Below are positions 1-10,119 of a stretch of 64,000 nt of DNA, piece by piece; position 1 is the stretch's first letter, and every line of letters begins with the position of its first letter. The DNA lies in contig CAZAUQ010000002.1 of assembly GCA_964488495.1 (NCBI GenBank), positions 14,486 to 78,485 of the forward strand, given 5' to 3'. The translations under genes and the position numbers were made by a program. A model generated the notes under the pieces. The model was given only the letters and a program-made list of their open reading frames with translations, ran no database searches and was not told the DNA's origin. This DNA comes from an uncultured Bacteroidales bacterium (lineage in GTDB: Bacteria; Bacteroidota; Bacteroidia; Bacteroidales; UBA1402).

Positions 1-594
1 CTCAATGCCCTTCACCAGCAATTTGTGATTGAAAGGCTTCCGGAAGCTATGATCGAAAGCATCGTTGTAAATAGAATAAACTATTTTGGTGTTCCTGAAA
101 CAGGGATCATCGTCGAAGGCTTTTTTTATATACAGGGGAACCAGGGCCGAAAACCATCCGTGGCAATGGATAATATCCGGTGTCCAGCGTAGTTTTCGAA
201 CTGTTTCAATGACTCCGCGTGCAAAGAAAATCGACCTATCGTCGTTATCAAAATAATCTATACCCGATTCATCACAAACCAAGGCTTTGCGTTGAAAAAA
301 ATCGTCGTTATCAATAAAATAAACTTGCATACGGGCCGCCTGTATGGAAGCCACTTTGATAATCAGCGGATGATCGTTGTCGTCGATAATCAGATTCATA
401 CCTGATAATCTGATTACTTCGTGCAATTGGTTTCTGCGTTCGTTTATACAGCCGTATTTGGGCATAAAAGTCCTGATTTCACAGCCCTTATCCTGAATAG
501 ATTGAGGTAAACGGCGGCAGATGGACGAAAGTTCCGTTTCTGGAACATAAGGCATAATTTCTTGACAGATGAACAGTACTTTCGCCGGTTTCAT
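1..594 (-). CDS. glycogen/starch synthase-like glycosyltransferase (GT5-type), N-terminal part; the gene runs off the left edge
   Basis: This gene is absent from the ORF track because it is open to the window edge. My reverse-strand translation from the ATG at 594..592 reads MKPAKVLFICQEIMPYVPETELSSICRRLPQSIQDKGCEIRTFMPKYG...QVYFIDNDDFF...PDIIHCHGWFSALVPLYIKKAF, with no stop down to position 1. The N-terminal pattern and the HCHGW block are typical of the bacterial glycogen synthase family. Confidence 0.7.
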   Translation of the reverse strand, partial: MKPAKVLFICQEIMPYVPETELSSICRRLPQSIQDKGCEIRTFMPKYGCINERRNQLHEVIRLSGMNLIIDDNDHPLIIKVASIQAARMQVYFIDNDDFFQRKALVCDESGIDYFDNDDRSIFFARGVIETVRKLRWTPDIIHCHGWFSALVPLYIKKAFDDDPCFRNTKIVYSIYNDAFDHSFRKPFNHKLLVKGIE

Positions 595-624
595 AAAAAT
601 AAATGGATTGTGAACATATAAGTG

Positions 625-632
625 CAAAGATA
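625..632 (-). promoter_or_regulatory. Bacteroidota sigma-A -7 box (TATCTTTG) for the glycogen synthase-like gene
   Basis: Plus-strand caaagata is TATCTTTG on the minus strand. It is a perfect match to TAnnTTTG and lies 30 nt upstream of the ATG at 594. Confidence 0.55.
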
Positions 633-741
633 CTAAAAAAAACAGGTAGATATCCAAGAAATGAGCGTATTATTTTTTTTAATGGCAAAAAATTGGTTTT
701 TTTGCGCCCTCTTTTATGGGAGAAATTAAGAAAATTTTCAG

Positions 742-1596
742 ATGATTATGCAAGTAGTAAAAACAAAAAGTCAGCTAAGGGAGATTTTAAACGGAGAACG
801 CTGCAAAGGCCGTAGCATAGGGCTTGTTCCCACTATGGGCGCTTTACATCAGGGACATATTTCCCTGATAGAACGTTGTGTGCAGGAGAATGCTGTTTGT
901 GTCTGTAGCGTCTTTGTAAATCCGACTCAGTTTAATGATAAAAATGATTTAATCAAATACCCAAGACAGCCCGAAAAAGATGCCGCGATGTTGCAAAAAG
1001 CCGGTTGCAGCTTGTTATTTATGCCTGATGAACAGGAAATGTACCCCGAGGAAGATACCCGCCTTTTTAATTTCGGCTTGCTCGAAGAGGTCATGGAGGG
1101 TGTATACAGAAAAGGACATTTTAACGGAGTTGCTCAGATTGTAAGCAAACTTTTTGATTCAGTGCAGCCTGATAAAGCTTATTTCGGGCAAAAAGATTTT
1201 CAACAATTGGCCGTAGTACGTGAAATGGTCAGGCAATTGGACATGAAAGTACAAATCGTACCCTGTCCCATTGTGCGGGAAAAGAGCGGATTAGCCATGA
1301 GCAGCCGCAACGAGCTTTTATCGGTGGAACAAAAAGAAAAAGCAAGCCTTATATCTAAATATTTATTTGAAAGCCTTACCTTTGTTTCGAAGAAAAGGCC
1401 GGCAGAGATAAAAGAGTTTGTAGTTAATGGAATCAATGCCGAGCCAATGCTTCGCCTGGAGTATTTTGAAATTGTTGACGGAACCACCTTGCAAAGCATA
1501 CACGAATGGGCTGAGTCTTCCTATGTGGTTGGATGCATTGCGGTTTATTGCGGATCCGTACGTTTAATTGATAACATTGAATATAAAAAATGCTGA
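742..1596 (+). CDS. panC: pantoate--beta-alanine ligase
   Basis: The 284-aa ORF carries [14 protein letters not shown] (HxGH nucleotidyltransferase motif), FGQKDFQQ and MSSRN blocks typical of PanC. It overlaps the panD start by 7 nt. Confidence 0.95.
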   Translation: MIMQVVKTKSQLREILNGERCKGRSIGLVPTMGALHQGHISLIERCVQENAVCVCSVFVNPTQFNDKNDLIKYPRQPEKDAAMLQKAGCSLLFMPDEQEMYPEEDTRLFNFGLLEEVMEGVYRKGHFNGVAQIVSKLFDSVQPDKAYFGQKDFQQLAVVREMVRQLDMKVQIVPCPIVREKSGLAMSSRNELLSVEQKEKASLISKYLFESLTFVSKKRPAEIKEFVVNGINAEPMLRLEYFEIVDGTTLQSIHEWAESSYVVGCIAVYCGSVRLIDNIEYKKC

Positions 1597-1943
1597 TTGA
1601 GGTACTAAAATCAAAAATTCACAGGGTTCATGTGACAGAAGCCAACCTGGATTACATCGGTAGCATCACTATCGACGAAGACCTGATTGAGGCGGCCAAC
1701 CTCATTCCCCACGAAAAGGTTACCGTGTTGAACAACAATAACGGAGAACGCTTCGAAACCTATGTTATCAAGGGAAAGAGAGGTTCAGGTGTTATTTGTC
1801 TGAACGGAGCTGCGGCTCGTCGGGCTTTACCCGGTGATATTGTGATTATTCTTTCCTATGCTCAGATGGAGGCCGAAGAGGCACGCAAATTTGAGCCCCG
1901 GGTTGTTTTCCCTGATACCGCTACCAACAGACTGATAAAGTGA
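1590..1943 (+). CDS. panD: aspartate 1-decarboxylase (pyruvoyl-dependent)
   Basis: The 117-aa product begins [32 protein letters not shown]. It contains the self-cleaving G-S site in YIGSITID. Confidence 0.95.
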   Translation: MLIEVLKSKIHRVHVTEANLDYIGSITIDEDLIEAANLIPHEKVTVLNNNNGERFETYVIKGKRGSGVICLNGAAARRALPGDIVIILSYAQMEAEEARKFEPRVVFPDTATNRLIK

Positions 1944-1945
1944 GG

Positions 1946-3748
1946 ATGAAGCAGTTTGCATTCATACTGTTCGCTTGTTTTACTTTTATTCTTAACGCAC
2001 AAAAAGAAAAGGCGGTTTTGTTGGAACAAGACGCTTTTTTTGTTCATTCATACAGGTTGCAAGACAGTGTTTCGCCTTCATATTTTGATTTACCCTTACG
2101 TATTACTCCCTACCTGAGTGCCAATTTCGGTGAATTGCGCAGGGATCATTTTCATTCGGGCCTGGATATCAAAACCCAGGGTGTAATCAATAAGCCCGTA
2201 TACGCGATAGCTCCGGCTTTCGTTTCACGTATAAACGTGCGTGAAAAAGGATTCGGGAAGGCGGTTTACCTGGATCACCCCAATGGCTATACCAGCGTTT
2301 ATGGACATTTGGAGTCTTTTTCCCCTAAGCTGGATTCGATTGTTAAAAACGCACAATATACGGCTGAGTTGTACGAACAAAATCTGGTTTTCTCTGACGG
2401 ACAAATACCTGTTGAACGAGGTGAATTGCTAGGATATAGCGGAAACACCGGCAGCTCAGGCGGCCCTCATTTGCATTTTGAAATTCGTCATACAGAATCA
2501 GAAGAGCCCGTTGATCCTCTGTTTTGGTATAAAGATCGCATCAAAGATACCAGTCCTCCAAAAATGTTAGCATTGGCAATCTATGCTATAGACGGGCAGG
2601 GGATATTGCTAAACCTCGACGGCAGGGAATCTTTAAAAGAAATAATCCAGCTTGGACAGGAAGGAACAGCCGTCCAAAATAGTAAACTGCCCTTGGTCTG
2701 GGGCAAAATAGGCCTGGGTATTAAAGCTTATAATTACATGAACGGCACCAACAATAGGTATGGTCTGAGTCGGATTCGCTTATTCCTGAACGGTGAAGAA
2801 ATATTTCAGCAAGACATCGGCCGTTTTTCTTTCGATGAAAGCCGTTATGTGAATTCTCTGGTCGATTACGAAGAGTGGGTACAAAACCGTTCCTGGATTA
2901 TGAAATCTTTTGTGGATCCTTTCAATAAACTGGATATATATCCCGTCAGGCATAACGACGGCTATATTGACATAAATCAAGAACAGGTTTACCATTTTAT
3001 CTACGAATTGTACGATGTATCAGGCAATAAAGCCCAATACAGCTTTCAATTACAGGCAAAACGAATGGCTATCCCTCAGGAGGACACAACTACCTTGTTT
3101 TTTTATCCGGCCTATAAAAATACTTACACTTCCAGGGATATTTTTCTGGAATTTCCGGAGGCTTCGTTTTATAATAAACTGGCCTTCGGATACGATTATA
3201 TGCCTCCAAAGAATGTTACTAATCCCGGGCTCAGAAATCATCGTTTATTCACAGGCATTCATAAAATTCACCAATCCACTGTTCCGCTGCATAAAGCAGC
3301 ACTTATCCGTATAAAAATAAATGACGATGTATTAAGGGATAAGAGCCACTATTATCTGGCCGCACTATTGCCTGATAATAAGATAGAATACATAGAGGCA
3401 ATTTATGCAAACGGTTTTATGGAAGGCAAAATACCTTATTTTGGCGATTATACCGTATTAAGCGACAGCCTGCCTCCAAAAATATTTCTGCCTCAACTTG
3501 AAAAGAATCAGAAAAATTCTTTAATTCGCATACTTGTCCTTGATGATGATTCGGGTATAGATACTTATCGATGTACTATCAACGGTAAATGGGCTTTGTT
3601 TGAATACGATTACAAAACCAATACCCTGACGGCCGATCTTAAGGACAAGCGGATTGATTTGTTGCCGGCCGACAACCTGCTGCAGATTTATGTGAAAGAT
3701 AAATGCGGCAACGAGAAGTACAGAGAGTGGTTATTTAATGCAGAATAA
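1946..3748 (+). CDS. M23 (LytM-type) metallopeptidase family protein, secreted
   Basis: HFHSGLDIKT and GNTGSSGGPHLHFEIR supply the HxxxD and HxH zinc motifs. The signal-like N-terminus MKQFAFILFACFTFILNAQ starts at ATG 1946, whereas the track ORF starts at GTG 1940. Confidence 0.85.
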   Translation: MKQFAFILFACFTFILNAQKEKAVLLEQDAFFVHSYRLQDSVSPSYFDLPLRITPYLSANFGELRRDHFHSGLDIKTQGVINKPVYAIAPAFVSRINVREKGFGKAVYLDHPNGYTSVYGHLESFSPKLDSIVKNAQYTAELYEQNLVFSDGQIPVERGELLGYSGNTGSSGGPHLHFEIRHTESEEPVDPLFWYKDRIKDTSPPKMLALAIYAIDGQGILLNLDGRESLKEIIQLGQEGTAVQNSKLPLVWGKIGLGIKAYNYMNGTNNRYGLSRIRLFLNGEEIFQQDIGRFSFDESRYVNSLVDYEEWVQNRSWIMKSFVDPFNKLDIYPVRHNDGYIDINQEQVYHFIYELYDVSGNKAQYSFQLQAKRMAIPQEDTTTLFFYPAYKNTYTSRDIFLEFPEASFYNKLAFGYDYMPPKNVTNPGLRNHRLFTGIHKIHQSTVPLHKAALIRIKINDDVLRDKSHYYLAALLPDNKIEYIEAIYANGFMEGKIPYFGDYTVLSDSLPPKIFLPQLEKNQKNSLIRILVLDDDSGIDTYRCTINGKWALFEYDYKTNTLTADLKDKRIDLLPADNLLQIYVKDKCGNEKYREWLFNAE

Positions 3749-3760
3749 AACCAGGAGAAT

Positions 3761-5512
3761 ATGGAAAATGTACAGTTGATAAAAGAAGTAACAGCCAAGG
3801 CTAAACGTTGGCTGTCCGAGGCATACGATGCACAAACCAGAGCAACTGTTCAGGCTATGCTCGATAAAGAAGATAAAAGCGAATTGATCGAATGTTTTTA
3901 CAAAGATCTGGAGTTTGGTACCGGTGGGCTGCGCGGGATAATGGGTGCGGGGAGCAACAGGATGAATCGTTATACGGTTGGAGCTGCCACTCAAGGCCTG
4001 TCCAATTATTTGAATAAATCTTTCGGACACTTACCCCGGATTTCGGTGGTAATCGGGCATGATTGCAGAAACAACAGTCGCTTGTTTGCTGAAATCTGTG
4101 CCGACATTTTTTCGGCCAACGGTATATATGTGTACCTATTCGACAATTTGCGTCCCACCCCCGAAGTATCTTATGCCATACGTCATCTTAAATGCCAAAG
4201 CGGTATTATTATAACAGCCTCCCACAATCCTAAAGATTACAATGGCTACAAAGCGTATTGGGACGACGGAGCTCAGGTGGTGGCTCCCCACGATCATAAT
4301 ATTATTGACGAAGTACAAGCTATCAAGGATGTCAACTCCATTCGTTTTGAAGGGAATAAAAAGCTTATTCGCCCGATAGGTGCCGATATTGACGAGAAAT
4401 ACATTAAAAAGATCAAGACGATCTCTTTATCTCCCGAGGCAATTCGAAAACACGAAGATTTAAAAATTGTATACACCCCCATACACGGTACAGGTGTCAG
4501 AATTATTCCTGCCTGTCTCAGGGCTTTTGGTTTCAAGAACATCATCAATGTGCCCGAACAGGATGTAGTCAGCGGGGACTTTCCTACGGTGGTTTCGCCC
4601 AATCCCGAAGAACCGGCGGCTTTGTCGCTGGCATTGAAAAAAGCGGCCGAAGTGGATGCGGATATCGTAATGGCTTCCGATCCTGATGCTGACCGCATGG
4701 GCATAGCAGTCAAAAACGATCGTGAAGAGTGGATTCTGGTCAACGGACATCAGACCGCACTTATTTTTATCTATTATTTGATTAAAAGACGTTCCGAACT
4801 GGGAATGTTGGAAAACGGCAAAGAGTATATAGTAAAAACCATAGTTACTACCGAATTGATCAAAGAAATTGCCGACAGGCACCAGGTAGATATGTTCGAT
4901 ACTTATACCGGCTTCAAATGGATAGCAGCTGTAATAAGGGAATTTGAAGGTAAGCGGCAATATGTTGGCGGCGGTGAAGAAAGTTACGGCTTCCTGCCCC
5001 AGGATTTTGTTCGCGACAAAGACGCTGTTTCGTCCTGTGCTTTGATGGCCGAAATTGTTGCCTGGGCCAAAGACAGGGGAAAAAGCCTGTATGAATTGTT
5101 GCTGGATATTTATATGGAATATGGTTTTTCGAGAGAAAAAGGCATTTCTGTCGTTAAAAAGGGGAAATCTGGGGCTGAACAAATTAAACTCATGATGGAT
5201 AATTTCAGGTCGAAACCGGTGAGCGAACTGGCAGGTTCTCCTGTTATTTTGGTTAAAGATTATATGACTCTTAAAGCATGTAAACCTAAGAGCGAGGAAT
5301 GTTTTGATCTTAAAATGCCGGAAACTTCAAATGTTTTGCAATACTTCAGCCTGGACGGAACAAAAGTGTCCATTCGTCCTTCGGGTACAGAGCCTAAAAT
5401 TAAATTCTACATCGAAGTACGCGATGTGCTAAAATCTCCTTCGGATTATTCTGCCAAATGTAAGCTGGCCGAAGAAAAATTCAATGAGATAATGAAGTCA
5501 TTGGGCTTATAG
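3761..5512 (+). CDS. phosphoglucomutase/phosphomannomutase (alpha-D-phosphohexomutase superfamily)
   Basis: The 583-aa product has the phosphoserine loop TASHNPKDYNGYK, the Mg site ASDPDADRMG and the sugar-binding block GGEESYG. Confidence 0.9.
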   Translation: MENVQLIKEVTAKAKRWLSEAYDAQTRATVQAMLDKEDKSELIECFYKDLEFGTGGLRGIMGAGSNRMNRYTVGAATQGLSNYLNKSFGHLPRISVVIGHDCRNNSRLFAEICADIFSANGIYVYLFDNLRPTPEVSYAIRHLKCQSGIIITASHNPKDYNGYKAYWDDGAQVVAPHDHNIIDEVQAIKDVNSIRFEGNKKLIRPIGADIDEKYIKKIKTISLSPEAIRKHEDLKIVYTPIHGTGVRIIPACLRAFGFKNIINVPEQDVVSGDFPTVVSPNPEEPAALSLALKKAAEVDADIVMASDPDADRMGIAVKNDREEWILVNGHQTALIFIYYLIKRRSELGMLENGKEYIVKTIVTTELIKEIADRHQVDMFDTYTGFKWIAAVIREFEGKRQYVGGGEESYGFLPQDFVRDKDAVSSCALMAEIVAWAKDRGKSLYELLLDIYMEYGFSREKGISVVKKGKSGAEQIKLMMDNFRSKPVSELAGSPVILVKDYMTLKACKPKSEECFDLKMPETSNVLQYFSLDGTKVSIRPSGTEPKIKFYIEVRDVLKSPSDYSAKCKLAEEKFNEIMKSLGL

Positions 5513-5531
5513 ACCCTATTTTATGAGGTCT

Positions 5532-5570
5532 CTGCCGAGACTATACAACTCTGCCAAAGACTATACAACT
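5532..5570. repeat. imperfect tandem direct repeat, 2 units of 19-20 nt
   Basis: ctgccgagactatacaact (5532..5550) is followed directly by ctgccaaagactatacaact (5551..5570). The repeat sits in the convergent intergenic spacer. Confidence 0.85.
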
Positions 5571-5619
5571 GTTGGCAAATCTCCGGGCAGTCGTAACTTA
5601 GCCGGGCTGCAGCAAAATG

Positions 5620-6612
5620 TTATGCTTCCAGAAAAGTAATAATTTTTTTGCGGTTTACCAGGTAGGCGCAGAGCCCAAGGCCCAGGAGATAGCCCAGAAA
5701 AGCCCGGATTATCATCACTTTATATCTTGGATTTGCCACCCCAAGATATAAAATGGGTAATTCTACCCGTATGGCGCCTTCATTAAGTTCTTTAATCGCG
5801 CGTTTATGGTTGTTTATAATTTCCAAAGAGTGAATTTTGTCACCAGTAAACATTTGCATCTTTGTTTCGCCCAACACGGTCATTATATTGGGATCAGACC
5901 GTAGTTCTTTGGGCTTTTGTCTTAAACTCAGAGAAGTGACGTTGCTTACATCTTCGGCAAACATTTTAGATTGTAGTTCCTTAATCTTTCCCAATTCTTC
6001 ATCAAGCATGGAAATCCAGTCGGCATGTTGCTCATCCATGAAAAATTTCTCTTTTTGCACGGATGGATCATTATTTAAGGCATAGATAACACCTTCTCTT
6101 ATTCTAGGAAAAAGTGTTTCATCTTTGGATAAGATTTCAACGTATAAGTAATTATTGCTCCAGATGTTGATGGTGTCACCCTTAAAGGTTTCTTTGTAAT
6201 CAACCTGATCAAGAATACCATCAGCGCCAATGTCAACTAAAAAGAACGATTCCAGGGAAACAATTTTTTTAGCTTCTTCTTCAGAGATATTAAGCTTTTT
6301 AGCTAAATTGCTCTTGTCTTTTTTCCCGCACTCAGCATTCAATGTTTTGATAAAATCCTTGCTGTACGGACTTCCTTTAATGATAGTTTTGAGGGTTATG
6401 GACGCTTTGTGTATCTGTTTGTCGGGTGTAGAAGCAAAATATCCCCAGACCAGACCAGCAAGGATAAAACCCAGAATAATCCATTTTTTTCGGTAACTTA
6501 AGCGTAAGGCTTGTATAAAAAGATTCCACATCCACTTAATCAGATTGCCGATGCCTTTGAATAAAAGCATCAGAAGTTCTGAAAGATTGATTTCTTTTTG
6601 TTGTTTTTCCAT
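5620..6612 (-). CDS. hypothetical two-TM membrane protein with a Wzz/chain-length-determinant-like topology
   Basis: I prefer the ATG at 6612 (MEKQQKEINLSELL...). A hydrophobic segment WIILGFILAGLVWGYFA lies near the N-terminus and a second, IIRAFLGYLLGLGLCAYLV, at the C-terminus. A charged, coiled-coil-like region of about 260 aa lies between them. I recognise no catalytic motif. Confidence 0.45.
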   Translation of the reverse strand: MEKQQKEINLSELLMLLFKGIGNLIKWMWNLFIQALRLSYRKKWIILGFILAGLVWGYFASTPDKQIHKASITLKTIIKGSPYSKDFIKTLNAECGKKDKSNLAKKLNISEEEAKKIVSLESFFLVDIGADGILDQVDYKETFKGDTINIWSNNYLYVEILSKDETLFPRIREGVIYALNNDPSVQKEKFFMDEQHADWISMLDEELGKIKELQSKMFAEDVSNVTSLSLRQKPKELRSDPNIMTVLGETKMQMFTGDKIHSLEIINNHKRAIKELNEGAIRVELPILYLGVANPRYKVMIIRAFLGYLLGLGLCAYLVNRKKIITFLEA

Positions 6613-6651
6613 AGTTTGAAATGTCGTAAGTAAATGTATAAATTGAGAATA

Positions 6652-6659
6652 CAAAAATA
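6652..6659 (-). promoter_or_regulatory. -7 box (TATTTTTG) for the membrane protein gene
   Basis: Plus-strand caaaaata lies 39 nt upstream of the ATG at 6612. This position supports the shorter start over the track start at 6702. Confidence 0.5.
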
Positions 6660-6881
6660 CTAAAATTCTGCAATTGCCAACAAAATACCCCTTATAAAGC
6701 AAAAACTGCCCGAAGAGAAGCTAAAAGATGACGTATAACATAAACCCGGAATCGTATATTTAAAGATTTTATCACAAGTAATTTCTAAAAAAAACTTATC
6801 TTCGTCTATTGTTTTTTTATAAAGAGCCGGGTATAATACTAAAGCGGGATAATGAGTTGTGATACCAAAACATAGATTGTT

Positions 6882-8840
6882 ATGACCTATTTAAAATTCG
6901 ATAAAACCCTAATGGTCAATTTGCAGCAATCATTAACCAAAGAGTTGTTGCAGACTAATAAATCGGGAGCCTATAGTTATTCCACCATAGTTGACTGCAA
7001 TACCAGGAAATATCACGGTTTGTTGGTTATTCCCGTTCCGGAACTGGACGGAAAAAACCATGTGCTTGTTTCTTCATTGGATACAACAGTCATTCAACAT
7101 GGAGCAGAATTCAATCTTGGTTTACACAAATACGAAGGGGACAATTACAGCCCTCAGGGGCATAAATACATTCGCGAGTTTGAATGTGATTCCAATCCAT
7201 CGACTATTTATCGGGTAGGAGGGGTAATACTTTCCAAGGAAAAAATATTTGTATCTCACGAAAACCGTATACTGATAAAATATACCTTACTCGAAGCGCA
7301 TTCTCCAACCAGGCTCAGATTGAGGCCATTTTTAGCATTTAGAAGTATTAATGATCTCTGTAAGGAAAATAATTATATAAACAAAGATTATCAGCAAATC
7401 GATTATGGTATTAAACTTTGTCTTTACAACGGTTATCCGGAGCTGCATATGCAACTGTCCGCGAAAAATGAATTTCAGTATTCCCCCGATTGGTATAGGA
7501 ATATTGAATACATGAAAGAACAAGAGAGAGGTTATGAATACAAAGAAGACTTGTTTGTTCCCGGTTGCTTTGATTTATCCATAAAAAAAGGAGAAAGCGT
7601 TTATTTTTCGGCAGGTGTTTCGGCTATACAACCGGGAACTATGAGAAAAATGTTTGATGAAGAGAAGGCGATTCGTATACCCAGAAGTAGTTTTACTAAC
7701 AGCCTGAAAAATGCCGCCTACCAGTTTTACAACAAACATCCCGACGGACAACGATACTTATTGGCAGGTTATCCCTGGTTTGAATGTCGTGCAAGGGATA
7801 TGTTTGTGTCTCTTCCCGGTTGTACCCTTGCGGCTGAACATCCGGGCTTGTTTGAGGCAATAATGAAAACTGCCGAAAAAGGCCTGCAAAATTTTATGAA
7901 TCACAAAGCAGCCGATTGTGCCATTACAGAAATAGATGCACCCGATGTCTTGTTGTGGATGATATGGGCCCTTCAACAATATGCCAAAGACCAGGGTATA
8001 GAAAAATGCGCAGAGAATTACAACCAACTCCTTTTTGATGCGTTGGATTTTATAATCAATCAAAAACACGATAAACTTGTTTTGCACAACAACGGATTGC
8101 TTTTTACCAACGGCAAAGAGCAACCTGCCAGCTGGATGAATTCCACTATGTACGGCAAACCTCTGGTGCCAAGAACCGGTTATTTGGTCGAATTCAATGC
8201 TCTATGGTATAATGCACTTTGCTTTGCCTCAGAAATGGTCGTCTTGGCCGATAAGCCGGATTTGCAAACCCGGTACTCTGAACTTGCACAGAAGGCCGGA
8301 GCCTCTTTTATAGAAGTATTCCGCAATGATTTCGGTTATTTATACGATTTTGTGGATGGACAGACGGTAGACTGGAGTGTAAGACCGAATCAGATTTTCG
8401 CTGTATCGCTCGATTTTTCTCCTTTGGACAAGATGCAAAAAAAACAGGTACTCGATATTGTAACCAAGGAATTGCTCACCCCCAAGGGCTTAAGAACGCT
8501 CAGCCCTAAGAGTTTAGGATACAATCCTATATTCGAAGGACCAGAAAGTCGAAGGACCTGGGCTTATCATCAGGGAGCAGCCTGGGCCTGGCTGATTGGC
8601 CCGTACCTTGAAGCTTATCTTAAAATTCACAAAATCCGGGGACTTGATTTTGCTGAACGCATCATTTATGGTTTTGAAGACGATCTGACAGACAGAGGTA
8701 TAGGCACCATCTCAGAACTATACGACGGGAATCCTCCTTATAAGGGAAGAGGAGCTGTCTCCTTTGCCATGAGTGTTGCAGAGATACTTCGGATAAAAAA
8801 AATAATCAAAGAAATGTCAGCTAATACCACACAAGGATGA
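6882..8840 (+). CDS. glycogen debranching enzyme family protein (amylo-alpha-1,6-glucosidase-type, GDE_N + GDE_C)
   Basis: The 652-aa product has the overall look of the bacterial/archaeal 'glycogen debranching protein' family. It is the first gene of the GDE-GT4-GH57 triad, and its stop overlaps the next start (ATGA at 8837..8840). Confidence 0.75.
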   Translation: MTYLKFDKTLMVNLQQSLTKELLQTNKSGAYSYSTIVDCNTRKYHGLLVIPVPELDGKNHVLVSSLDTTVIQHGAEFNLGLHKYEGDNYSPQGHKYIREFECDSNPSTIYRVGGVILSKEKIFVSHENRILIKYTLLEAHSPTRLRLRPFLAFRSINDLCKENNYINKDYQQIDYGIKLCLYNGYPELHMQLSAKNEFQYSPDWYRNIEYMKEQERGYEYKEDLFVPGCFDLSIKKGESVYFSAGVSAIQPGTMRKMFDEEKAIRIPRSSFTNSLKNAAYQFYNKHPDGQRYLLAGYPWFECRARDMFVSLPGCTLAAEHPGLFEAIMKTAEKGLQNFMNHKAADCAITEIDAPDVLLWMIWALQQYAKDQGIEKCAENYNQLLFDALDFIINQKHDKLVLHNNGLLFTNGKEQPASWMNSTMYGKPLVPRTGYLVEFNALWYNALCFASEMVVLADKPDLQTRYSELAQKAGASFIEVFRNDFGYLYDFVDGQTVDWSVRPNQIFAVSLDFSPLDKMQKKQVLDIVTKELLTPKGLRTLSPKSLGYNPIFEGPESRRTWAYHQGAAWAWLIGPYLEAYLKIHKIRGLDFAERIIYGFEDDLTDRGIGTISELYDGNPPYKGRGAVSFAMSVAEILRIKKIIKEMSANTTQG

Positions 8841-10102
8841 GAGCACTTATGTTTGGCTGGGAATTCCCTCCACATATTCTGGGCGGTTTGGGAACGGCCA
8901 GCTATGGACTGACCAGAGGTATGGCCATGCAAGCCGATATGGATCTGGTTTTTGTCATACCCAAACCTTACGGAGATGAAGACCAGAGTTTCCTAAAAAT
9001 TATCGGCGCCTGCAATACACCGGTGGTTTGGAGAGATGTTTCATGGGAACATCTTGAAAGTCGTTTCGGCTCTTATATGAACCCTCAGGATTTTTACAAT
9101 ATGAGGGGCCACATCTATGCCGATTTCAGATATCTCTATACCAACGACCTGGGCTGTATTGAATTTTCGGGACGTTATCCCGACAATCTGATGGAAGAAA
9201 TAAACAACTATTCCATTTGTGCCGGAGTCATCGCACGTACTGAGCATTACGACATAATCCATTCGCACGACTGGCTCACTTATTCTGCAGGTATACATGC
9301 CAAAAATGTAAGCGGCAAACCTTTGGTCATTCATGTTCATGCCACCGATTTTGACCGCAGCCGGGGCAATGTCAATCCACAGGTTTACAGCATAGAAAAA
9401 AACGGCATGGATCACGCCGATCATATCATTTGCGTCAGTAATCTGACCAGGGAAACCGTGATTAACAAATACCATCAGGATCCCCGTAAGGTATCCACCA
9501 TTCATAATGCCGTTGAGCCTGTAAGCAAGCAGATTGAAGAAATTGAACCAGAACGCCATACTCATCAGAAGATTGTTACTTTTTTGGGAAGAATCACTAT
9601 GCAGAAAGGGCCGGAGTATTTTGTCGAAGCCGCCAGCCGGGTTTTGCAAAAAACCTCCAATGTCCGTTTTGTGATGGCCGGCAGCGGCGATATGATGGAG
9701 GCCATGATAAGCCTGGTGGCTAAGAGGGGAATTGCAGACAAATTCCATTTTCCGGGTTTTTTGAAAGGCAATCAGGTATACAGAATGCTAAAATCAAGTG
9801 ATGTCTACATAATGCCCTCGGTGTCAGAGCCTTTTGGAATTTCTCCGCTCGAAGCCATGCAGGTAGGTGTCCCTTCCATTATATCAAAACAATCCGGTTG
9901 TGCCGAAATCCTGAACTACGCCATAAAAACCGATTATTGGGACATAGATGCCATGGCCGATGCCATCTATTCGATCATCAGCAATCCGGCCATGTATGAA
10001 TTTCTTAAGATTCAGGGCAAAAAAGAAGTGGACGAGATAAAATGGGAGTATGCAGGGCAAAAAGTCAGAGCTATCTACGACCGTCTTTTAGGAATAAAGT
10101 AA
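8837..10102 (+). CDS. GT4-family glycosyltransferase (glycogen-synthase-like, retaining GT-B)
   Basis: The 421-aa product has the N-terminus FGWEFPPHILGGLGTA, the block HSHDWLT and the C-terminal E-x7-E motif SEPFGISPLEAM. Confidence 0.8.
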   Translation: MRALMFGWEFPPHILGGLGTASYGLTRGMAMQADMDLVFVIPKPYGDEDQSFLKIIGACNTPVVWRDVSWEHLESRFGSYMNPQDFYNMRGHIYADFRYLYTNDLGCIEFSGRYPDNLMEEINNYSICAGVIARTEHYDIIHSHDWLTYSAGIHAKNVSGKPLVIHVHATDFDRSRGNVNPQVYSIEKNGMDHADHIICVSNLTRETVINKYHQDPRKVSTIHNAVEPVSKQIEEIEPERHTHQKIVTFLGRITMQKGPEYFVEAASRVLQKTSNVRFVMAGSGDMMEAMISLVAKRGIADKFHFPGFLKGNQVYRMLKSSDVYIMPSVSEPFGISPLEAMQVGVPSIISKQSGCAEILNYAIKTDYWDIDAMADAIYSIISNPAMYEFLKIQGKKEVDEIKWEYAGQKVRAIYDRLLGIK

Positions 10103-10119
10103 TTAATAAATAAAACCTT

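Noticed and set aside
4460-5182. A 240-aa ORF lies antisense to the phosphohexomutase gene. Similar long antisense ORFs occur at 9041..9748, 37411..38136, 40684..41517, 48625..49464, 35127..35666, 15149..15571 and 58434..58910.
   Set aside because: Each lies entirely inside a well-supported gene on the other strand. Each has low-complexity or odd composition and no recognisable motif. These are typical shadow ORFs caused by codon bias.
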